Below are positions 28,341 through 35,900 of a stretch of DNA of 64,000 nucleotides, piece by piece (the stretch's first letter is position 1; each line of letters begins with the position of its first letter). The notes beneath the pieces are model-generated. The model ran no database searches and was not told the DNA's origin. It saw only the letters and a program-made list of their open reading frames with translations. The position numbers and the translations under genes were made by a program. Source of the DNA: Candidatus Omnitrophota bacterium (lineage in GTDB: Bacteria; Omnitrophota; Gorgyraeia; Zapsychrales; Zapsychraceae); assembly GCA_029261065.1 (NCBI GenBank), contig JAJDCB010000024.1, positions 102,364-166,363 of the forward strand, written 5' to 3'.

Positions 28341-30014
28341 TTAAGCTTCAAAGGTCTTGATTTTTTTCATCGCATCGTCTAATTTTTTTGCCGCATCCTT
28401 AGCAGATACAGTTACAATCTTCAATGTGATTTTAGACTCTTTTTTTTCTTCCTCTTCATTATTTGCTTTTTGAGCAACAGAATCATTGACTGTTTTTAAC
28501 TCATCTAATCTATTAACTTCATTACTCTTATCTTCTAAACTTGTATCATTAGAATCAGATTTTTCTGGTTGAGCAGCTTCTACTGCTTTATTTAAGGCTT
28601 CAAGAGGGTCTCTATCCTCATCGCTCTTATTTAAAGGTTCATCATCAGATTTTGTTTTTGATTCATCAAGCGCGTTTTGAAGTGCTGTTAAAGGATCAGA
28701 TTTTTCTTCTTTAGAGTCTTCAGTAGAATTACCAGGTGCCTTATTGGAATCATTAACAGCATTTTGAAGCATCGCTAAAGGATCTGCATTAGCTTCCTTC
28801 GCTTGTACACTCTTTTCGTCAGTTGGAGCAATTTTACTCAAAGCATCTAGCGCTTGTAACTTAGAGTCATTGACTGGTGTTTGGGCTGCAGAACCTTCAC
28901 TACTTTCCATAACTTTGTAAGTAAATATTATTAGAAATTGAAAATCCTCACATTTAAAATTCATTTCTAAATTGGATGTTTTTTCGGTATCACCAGAAAA
29001 TTCTAGATCAACGCCCATTACAGTAGATGGAATACTTATGTCAAAACCATAAGCTCCTTCAGCCCCCCCTAATTTCGTTTTAGCACCTCCGGCAATCATA
29101 TTAATTAATTCACCAACTCCATCCGTAACATCGGAATCAACTTCCTCAATGTCCATATATAACATTTTTGAAACAATGAGGCACGCTGCTTTTGAAGATA
29201 AACAAGCAGCGATATTTCCTTCAACCTTACCAGTCACACCAATAGAACTGACAATCCCTTCATCAGCAGAAGGCAGTATTTTCTCGTCAGTTTCTTCGAC
29301 ACTCAAAGTAAGCGTGGCTGAAAATGTATCAACGACAGCTTCTCTTAAAGCGTCTTTTAATGCCTCTTGAATTTCCATATCAGAAAATTTCCTTTCACTA
29401 GATACATTTTGATTATTGCTGATAATTGGCGTATCAACAATATTTTTTTCATCTTTTTTCAATTCAAGAGAAGAGCTATCCCCTGAAGCATCCAAAGCCG
29501 TTAATTTGTCTAATGCAGAAGTGGACGCTTCATCAACTTTAGCTGTATTTAGTTTATAATCTAAAATAGCAAGTATTTCTATATTATCTACTTTGTACTT
29601 TTTTAATATTTCGATTGTTTTGCCTTGACTATTTGACTTAACAATTTTTTTACCTCGAACGGTAGTTGGAATACTAATATCAAAAGGATGTTCTTTATCT
29701 GGTCCACCGATCCGATTTTTCATCCCACCAGCAATCATGTTAAGCAACTCGCCTATACCGTCTTTGACATCACTGTTAAGTTCCTCAATTTCCATATACA
29801 ACATTTTAGACACAATCTCACAGGCAATTTTTTCTGACATATAAATAGAAACAGTGCCTTCAAGAGATCCCGCTATTCCAATAGAACATATAAGGCTCTC
29901 CTCTACAGGTGAGATTGTGTCATCTAGGACTTCGGCTGATAACGCCATAGTTGTTTGAAAGACATCCAGAACAGATTCATTCAAAGTTACAATTAAATCA
30001 TCATGATAGGACAT
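28341..30014 (-). CDS. Tandem CheX-domain protein (two CheC/CheX-type phosphatase domains) with a long acidic C-terminal tail carrying repeated DPLxALQNA motifs
   Basis: Two D-x3-E-x2-N motifs each followed by Pro about 23 residues later (DGIGELLN...P and DGVGELIN...P) within two clearly paralogous ~150-aa halves. Tail has DPLAMLQNAV, DPLTALQNAL, DPLEALNKAV. Confidence 0.75.
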   Translation of the reverse strand: MSYHDDLIVTLNESVLDVFQTTMALSAEVLDDTISPVEESLICSIGIAGSLEGTVSIYMSEKIACEIVSKMLYMEIEELNSDVKDGIGELLNMIAGGMKNRIGGPDKEHPFDISIPTTVRGKKIVKSNSQGKTIEILKKYKVDNIEILAILDYKLNTAKVDEASTSALDKLTALDASGDSSSLELKKDEKNIVDTPIISNNQNVSSERKFSDMEIQEALKDALREAVVDTFSATLTLSVEETDEKILPSADEGIVSSIGVTGKVEGNIAACLSSKAACLIVSKMLYMDIEEVDSDVTDGVGELINMIAGGAKTKLGGAEGAYGFDISIPSTVMGVDLEFSGDTEKTSNLEMNFKCEDFQFLIIFTYKVMESSEGSAAQTPVNDSKLQALDALSKIAPTDEKSVQAKEANADPLAMLQNAVNDSNKAPGNSTEDSKEEKSDPLTALQNALDESKTKSDDEPLNKSDEDRDPLEALNKAVEAAQPEKSDSNDTSLEDKSNEVNRLDELKTVNDSVAQKANNEEEEKKESKITLKIVTVSAKDAAKKLDDAMKKIKTFEA

Positions 30015-30030
30015 AGCCTATATCCTTATG

Positions 30031-30420
30031 TTAACCCGCTGCGTTTAAAATTGGATCAATAGCTGCTTTTAATTGATCTGGTGTAAAGGGTTTTGGTATA
30101 TAACCAGCCAAATTTGGATTAGCTGCTTTTGCCTCTGCAATTTTATCATCTGTTCCCTCAGTTGTAACCATAATGACAGGTATTTCGGCAACGGCAGGCA
30201 CTTTAGCCACAGCACCGACAAATTCAATACCAGACATATTAGGCATGTTCCAATCGCACAAAACTAGGGCAACATCTTGGAAATTACCTGCTAAGGTTTC
30301 TATACCTACCGCCCCATCAGGTGCTTCTAAGATTTCATTTTCAAACCCAGCTTTTTTAATAATTTGAACAATCATTTTTCTTTGGACTCCTGAATCATCA
30401 ATAACTAGAATTTTTTTCAT
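30031..30420 (-). CDS. cheY: Chemotaxis response regulator CheY (second copy)
   Basis: ILVIDDSGVQRKMI ... LVLCDWNMPNMSG ... VIMVTT ... YIPKPF. Confidence 0.85.
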   Translation of the reverse strand: MKKILVIDDSGVQRKMIVQIIKKAGFENEILEAPDGAVGIETLAGNFQDVALVLCDWNMPNMSGIEFVGAVAKVPAVAEIPVIMVTTEGTDDKIAEAKAANPNLAGYIPKPFTPDQLKAAIDPILNAAG

Positions 30421-30458
30421 TTCTTAACTCCCTTTTATTTGGATAATTATAAAAGTTA

Positions 30459-31040
30459 TTAGCTCTTAATTTTGTCTATCGGTAACAAAACAAAATCAAC
30501 AACTAAAACCTTCTTTTTCTTTATGAAGAAACTCATTTCTGTTAACTTTTCTTCATTATAATTAAATTCCACACCCTCAGGCACATCATTTCTATATTTT
30601 AAAGGGGCAGAAATAATTAACTCACCATAACCTTCATTTTTGATATCATTTTTAGTTTTTCCAGAAATAACATTATGAATTTCACCGCAATTATCCATAA
30701 CAAACTCTTCATCTTCATCATCAAACCCAGTTTGCCCCAAGGCTTTTAATAGCTCCCGAGCATAAACCTCTTCTACATAAAAAACCATAGTTCCACAGGT
30801 ATCTTTACTGTCAAATTTTGATTTATCAGCATAAAAATTAATAACTGAAATAAAACAGGGTCCATTAAATTTCTGAAGACCAAAAACTCTCATGCGGCTT
30901 TCATATTCAATGATATCTTTTTCCTCAAATTCAGGATCCTGGGAGAAAATAGCGCTAGCCATTGTTTCGCAGGTTTCTTCAACGGCTTTCATAACAATTT
31001 TAATTATTGGGTCATTTTGAATAACATCTTCTTCACTCAT
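30459..31040 (-). CDS. cheX: CheX-type CheY-P phosphatase
   Basis: Exact CheC/CheX/FliY consensus D-x3-E-x2-N-x22-P present once: DNCGEIHN followed by 22 residues then P. 193 aa. Confidence 0.7.
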   Translation of the reverse strand: MSEEDVIQNDPIIKIVMKAVEETCETMASAIFSQDPEFEEKDIIEYESRMRVFGLQKFNGPCFISVINFYADKSKFDSKDTCGTMVFYVEEVYARELLKALGQTGFDDEDEEFVMDNCGEIHNVISGKTKNDIKNEGYGELIISAPLKYRNDVPEGVEFNYNEEKLTEMSFFIKKKKVLVVDFVLLPIDKIKS

Positions 31041-31064
31041 TTATTTAAACAACTCCTTATTTAG

Positions 31065-32933
31065 TTAATCATTCAAAACATTACTTACATCGAAACGTAA
31101 ATTATCTCTTAAAGTGTTTCTCTTAGTCTCAACAGCTTCTTCTTCCTCTTGGCTTGATTCAAACGTTTCAATATCTGATTGCGTTGATAAAAGATTATCA
31201 AAATATTTATCCATTTGCGTATTAAGCAATCTTTCTACTTTTTCACCTCTTAAAACTTCATCTTTTTTAGTTTTTTGAATTTCCCCTTTGTTGATATTTG
31301 CAAAATCAAATGCCAATTTGTTTAGTACAAAGATAGAATCTTTAAGGTAATGAGAAATTTTCATACTATTATTAAAGTTGACAACATCTTTCGAAGGATC
31401 TGTGGCATTTTGCTTTAATTTATCTAAAACATTATTAAGTTGATCAATTTGTTTTAAATTTCTCAAATATATCTCTTCGATAAACTGAAAATTATTTTGC
31501 GACCTCTCTACATATTGTGACAAATCCTGCAAATTATTTAATGATGAACTTTTGTAATGGTTAAAGTGCTTTACCCCTTTTAATATTCCCTCATTTGTCA
31601 TATTAACGGCTTTAGTCATTTTCTGAGAGAGAATAAGCAAGTCTTTTACGTCCGAGGTAGAGTCAGTACCTTTTTTTGCTTTGGTCCGTTTAGGAGCTTG
31701 TTTATCTTTTCTTTCAATTTTTCTAATAATTTTCTCAATCTGTTTTGAAACGCCTTGCATGGTCTGCGTTAAATCATTTAAGTTATTGGAATGAGCATAA
31801 TAACCAACGATGCTCTTATTGACATCTTGAACTTGTTGGTGTTGATCTTTTATTATCTGTTTATTCTTTTGATATTGAATGTAGACCTCTTTAATCTTAG
31901 TTTGATTCCCCTCCATTTGTGCTGTCAATTTTGTAATTTCGTTCTCAACGTTTTTTGTTAAAACATTTCTATCGTGATAGGATGTTAATGCCATGTAAAA
32001 AGACTCGATAAATTCTTTAACATATTGCGTTAATCTTCTCGTTTCACCCTGTAATTCCGTTGTTGATTCTTTATAACTGCCTAAAATGTTGCGTACATAG
32101 TAAGCAATGAGTAGCAAGAATATAAAAATTGATCCAAGAATTAATATTTGAAATGTTTTGCTTCCGTTATTTTTTAATACTGTAGAATAGACTTTAGCAT
32201 CATAATTTTGTCGATTTTTGCTATCTAATCGTCTTAACCCTAAATGCAAACTTAAAAATGTAGTCTCGAGAATCTTTTTAGAATTATTTATTGACCTTTC
32301 ATATTCACTATTTAATTTTGTGGCATAAACCTCAAGCTTGTCTAACCTGTCTATAAGTTCAAGTTTTATAGCTCCGATCTCTTCTATTCCGTTTACGGCA
32401 TTAACAACTAGAGAAAGTTCATTTAACGCATACCCCAACAAACGATCTTTTTGGGCCAAACTTTCGTTTTGTTCAACAAATAAATTCACAGCATCTAACA
32501 TCTTTTGTGTTTCCCCACCTTCACCTTCTGGATTAGGAAACTTTAGATTAAGTTGATTGATTTGAAACTCTAAAACTGCTTTTCTTTTATTATCGAGATA
32601 ACCAATATTTCTTATCTCACTTTTTATTTTTAATAATTTCTTTGAGTCAATTTCAGGAAAGCCGTTGAGATGAGAAATCAAAAGATTAATTTTTTTATCA
32701 ATTACTTTTTCGTGAGACCCAGAGTGAGGAGAATTTTCAAATACCTGATCTGTTAGGGATTGGACACCATTTAATTGCTGAGTTGAGAAATCTAATCGTG
32801 CTCGAATACGATCAAATTTTTGATGGCTTGAGTTTAATTCGATGAGTGATTGAGGACGTGTCAACATGTACGTGACACCAATCATAAATATAAATACAAA
32901 ATATAGTAAAAATCGAAGAATAGTTTTATTCAT
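31065..32933 (-). CDS. Two-TM membrane protein with about 225-aa periplasmic helical region and about 350-aa cytoplasmic coiled coil; no recognisable MCP signalling, HAMP or kinase motifs
   Basis: TM1 ILRFLLYFVFIFMIGVTYML, TM2 FQILILGSIFIFLLLIAYYV. Cytoplasmic part is heptad-rich with an acidic C-terminus. Sits inside the che supra-locus. Confidence 0.6.
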   Translation of the reverse strand: MNKTILRFLLYFVFIFMIGVTYMLTRPQSLIELNSSHQKFDRIRARLDFSTQQLNGVQSLTDQVFENSPHSGSHEKVIDKKINLLISHLNGFPEIDSKKLLKIKSEIRNIGYLDNKRKAVLEFQINQLNLKFPNPEGEGGETQKMLDAVNLFVEQNESLAQKDRLLGYALNELSLVVNAVNGIEEIGAIKLELIDRLDKLEVYATKLNSEYERSINNSKKILETTFLSLHLGLRRLDSKNRQNYDAKVYSTVLKNNGSKTFQILILGSIFIFLLLIAYYVRNILGSYKESTTELQGETRRLTQYVKEFIESFYMALTSYHDRNVLTKNVENEITKLTAQMEGNQTKIKEVYIQYQKNKQIIKDQHQQVQDVNKSIVGYYAHSNNLNDLTQTMQGVSKQIEKIIRKIERKDKQAPKRTKAKKGTDSTSDVKDLLILSQKMTKAVNMTNEGILKGVKHFNHYKSSSLNNLQDLSQYVERSQNNFQFIEEIYLRNLKQIDQLNNVLDKLKQNATDPSKDVVNFNNSMKISHYLKDSIFVLNKLAFDFANINKGEIQKTKKDEVLRGEKVERLLNTQMDKYFDNLLSTQSDIETFESSQEEEEAVETKRNTLRDNLRFDVSNVLND

Positions 32934-33077
32934 AATTTATTTAGTTAGTTAATAATAATTAATTATACCGTAACTAAATGGTTATGAAACAATTATTGTG
33001 TTTATTTTTTGTTTAAGAAAAGAAAGCAATGAGTGGATTTTAAGTAGGTAATTCCTAGTCTTATTTGTCTTTTTAAA

Positions 33078-33485
33078 TTAGACGAATCGAAAATCAGACA
33101 TTTTACTTTTTGCTTCAAGAATAACATTAACAATGTCTGCTCTACTAACAATACCAACTAATTTCCCATCCTTCGTAATCGGAACACGACGAATATGATT
33201 TCTTATAAAAAACTTACAAATATCAATGGCATCATCATTTTCGTTAAAAGAGATAACATCTACAGTCATGTAATCTTCTACGTTGTTTTTAATATCGAGA
33301 TTTTTGTCGAGTAAAATACGTAACACATCTTTTTCTGTAAGAATACCTACAATAGATTCATGTTCGTCAACCACGGGTAAACCGCTGACTTTATTTTTAG
33401 AAAGCAAATCTAGAGCCTCATAAATCGGTGTTTTTGCTGATACCGTGTGGATATTTGTACTCATGATAGACTGAATTGAAAGCAT
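33078..33485 (-). CDS. CBS-domain pair protein
   Basis: Two CBS motifs (VSGLPVVDEHESIVGILTEKDVLR; IRRVPITKDGKLVGIVSRADIV). Strong SD AAAGGAGG about 7 nt upstream of the ATG. Confidence 0.85.
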   Translation of the reverse strand: MLSIQSIMSTNIHTVSAKTPIYEALDLLSKNKVSGLPVVDEHESIVGILTEKDVLRILLDKNLDIKNNVEDYMTVDVISFNENDDAIDICKFFIRNHIRRVPITKDGKLVGIVSRADIVNVILEAKSKMSDFRFV

Positions 33486-33684
33486 TTTTGCCTCCTTTAA
33501 AATTGGTTTGATTTCAAGTCTGAAAATAAAAAAGTCCGAGAATGAAACCCTTAATGCAGACTATATAAGTATAATACGTATTTAACACATGCGAAAGGCA
33601 AAATAGCAATTCAATTATTACTTCATAAGTTGTTGAAATTAAAAGGCTTACAAAGTAAAAATTATCTAAAACATGAGATTTATC

Positions 33685-34158
33685 CTAATATAACAATTTT
33701 TCGATGGCAGAAAGCAATTCTGGCGTCTGAAACGGCTTTTTCATATAAAAATCAACCCCCGCATCCATCGCCTTTTCCTTCGATTCATCGTCCACCGAAC
33801 CTGTAAGCATTATGACCGGAATTAAAGGTTCCTTAAATTGATCCTTGATTCTAGCTGTTAACGCGGATCCATCCATATCTAATAATTGTCCATCTGTAAT
33901 CACCAAATCAGGCTTATTCATTTGCAGGACATCAAGTGCCTCTTGGCCAGACAAGGCCGTTAAAACTTCAAAATTTTTTGATCGAAGGATGTATGCCAAT
34001 AATTTAATAAGATCTGGGGCATCATCGATAATGAGAATTTGAAAAGATTGTTTCTTCACAACTTCACTAACTTTTTGTAGAAGGCAATAAAAAGAAGAAT
34101 GTTGAACCTTTACCAAGTTCTGACTCAACCCACATTTTGCCACCATGACGTTCAACAA
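33685..34158 (-). CDS. Receiver-domain response regulator. Real start probably GTG at 34059 (about 124 aa) rather than the track start, which overlaps the kinase gene by 92 nt.
   Basis: ILIIDDAPDLIKLL ... LVITDGQLLDMDG ... VIMLTG ... YMKKPF. In-frame GTG 7 nt after the kinase stop codon gives MKKQSFQILIIDD. Confidence 0.8.
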   Translation of the reverse strand: MLNVMVAKCGLSQNLVKVQHSSFYCLLQKVSEVVKKQSFQILIIDDAPDLIKLLAYILRSKNFEVLTALSGQEALDVLQMNKPDLVITDGQLLDMDGSALTARIKDQFKEPLIPVIMLTGSVDDESKEKAMDAGVDFYMKKPFQTPELLSAIEKLLY

Positions 34159-35893
34159 TAATTTTTGATATTACCAAACCTAAACCGGTATTTCCCGACT
34201 CTCTTCTCGCACCCGTCGTTAACTGTCCGAATATTCTAAATAATTTTGAAATATCTTCTTTTTTAATCCCAACGCCTGTATCTTTAATTGCAATACAGAT
34301 AATGCCTTGCTGCACACTAGAAATAATGGAAACTCCACCCTTTTTTGTAAATTTTGTTGAATTTTCAATCAAATTTAACAAAACCTTCTCAATTTTTTCT
34401 TCATCAAACATGCAAACTGGTAACTCTTTATCTAATTTCAGAGTGATTTCAAGTCCTTTCTCTACAATTGCTGGCTCGCATTTATCTTTAACGCTTTTAA
34501 TTAAATCATTAATATTTCCTTGAGCTAATTTAAAATTTGTTTTTCCCATTTCAAGCTTTTGATAATCAACAACATCATTGATGAGACAGTCCAATCTATC
34601 TAAATTTCTTTTTGCTGTATTTAAAAAGTCTTGTTGCTCTTCGCTAATATCACCGGCCGAACCATCCAAAATTATACCTATACTCCCTTGAACAGCTGTT
34701 ATTGGACTTTTTAATTCATGGGCAACCATATTTAAAAAATCATCTTGCATCTTTGATGCCTTTTCAATACCTTTTTCAGCAATTTTTCGCTTACTTACAT
34801 CATTAAGGACCCCGATAGATCCCGTCACAACACCTTCTTCATTCTTTAATATACTTAAAGTTAATCCAACATCAATTATCTTATTATCTTTTCTTTTTAT
34901 TTTTGTTTCAATATTATGCCGACTTCCTGATTTACGAAAATCCGCTGATCTAATTTTCTTCCATTCCTCAGGTGGATAGAGCAAACTCACTTGTTGCAAG
35001 TACAACTCTTTTTTTCCCATACCTAAAAGCTCTTCCGTATTTTTATTCCAAGAAACAATCCTTTCTTGATCATCAACAAACATAATCGAGACGCCGGAAT
35101 TTTCAAATATTAATTTGTAGCGCTCCTCAGCTTCTTTTGCATCAACTTCCACTTGATTTAGTTCTCTGTCTCGATTAGAAAAATTTGTAATATCCGTAAT
35201 GACAACCAGTATTCTCGAAGGCTTACCATTTTCATCTCTAATTAAATTTTCAGACACCAAACCAATCTTGATGGAGTTATCTTTTGTTCGCAATTCTATT
35301 TCATAAGGTTCTAAATCTTCGCCTTCGAGTCGATCGGAAAATTTTTCTAATATTCTCATTTTGCTATCTTTTGGAATAAAGGGTAACATTAAAATATTTC
35401 TCCCCACATATTCCTGTATATCATATTGCAACCAGTCTGATAATTTATTATTTAACTTCACAATCTTTCCGTTTATGTCCACCACAACAATTGCTTGTGG
35501 GGATAGGTTAAATATCATTTGATAATCGAGAGGCTGTGGCAAACTTTGTCCTTTGAGACTAAGGTTTTCTTCAATAAGAAGTCTCGCGACATTGACACTA
35601 TTACTCCCTAAAATATCAGCATGAGCAGGCTTCTTCTCTTTTAATTCTTCATGAATATCTAATTTTCCAGAAACATCAAAAACGATATTTAAGGTTGGAT
35701 CTTTAAGAAAAGGATTAAAATCGGAAGCTATTTGAAGACCTAATCGATTGGCCAATTCAATGGCGGGGGTATCCAATTCGGAGGCAACAACAGCAAGGAT
35801 ACGCACGGTTGTTGTGTTACTTAAAATTTCAAGCAGAGACTTACAATCATCGCCTGATCCAATAATAAGAGCGCTATATCCGCTATTTGACAT
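34067..35893 (-). CDS. Cytoplasmic sensor histidine kinase (N-terminal unknown domain, PAS, PAS, HisKA, HATPase_c)
   Basis: H-box MVAHELKSPITAV. ATP-lid blocks (LIENSTKFTKKGG; DTGVGI; GNTGLGL). Two PAS-like segments. No TM helices seen. Confidence 0.9.
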   Translation of the reverse strand: MSNSGYSALIIGSGDDCKSLLEILSNTTTVRILAVVASELDTPAIELANRLGLQIASDFNPFLKDPTLNIVFDVSGKLDIHEELKEKKPAHADILGSNSVNVARLLIEENLSLKGQSLPQPLDYQMIFNLSPQAIVVVDINGKIVKLNNKLSDWLQYDIQEYVGRNILMLPFIPKDSKMRILEKFSDRLEGEDLEPYEIELRTKDNSIKIGLVSENLIRDENGKPSRILVVITDITNFSNRDRELNQVEVDAKEAEERYKLIFENSGVSIMFVDDQERIVSWNKNTEELLGMGKKELYLQQVSLLYPPEEWKKIRSADFRKSGSRHNIETKIKRKDNKIIDVGLTLSILKNEEGVVTGSIGVLNDVSKRKIAEKGIEKASKMQDDFLNMVAHELKSPITAVQGSIGIILDGSAGDISEEQQDFLNTAKRNLDRLDCLINDVVDYQKLEMGKTNFKLAQGNINDLIKSVKDKCEPAIVEKGLEITLKLDKELPVCMFDEEKIEKVLLNLIENSTKFTKKGGVSIISSVQQGIICIAIKDTGVGIKKEDISKLFRIFGQLTTGARRESGNTGLGLVISKIIVERHGGKMWVESELGKGSTFFFLLPSTKS

Positions 35894-35900
35894 TCTTAAT

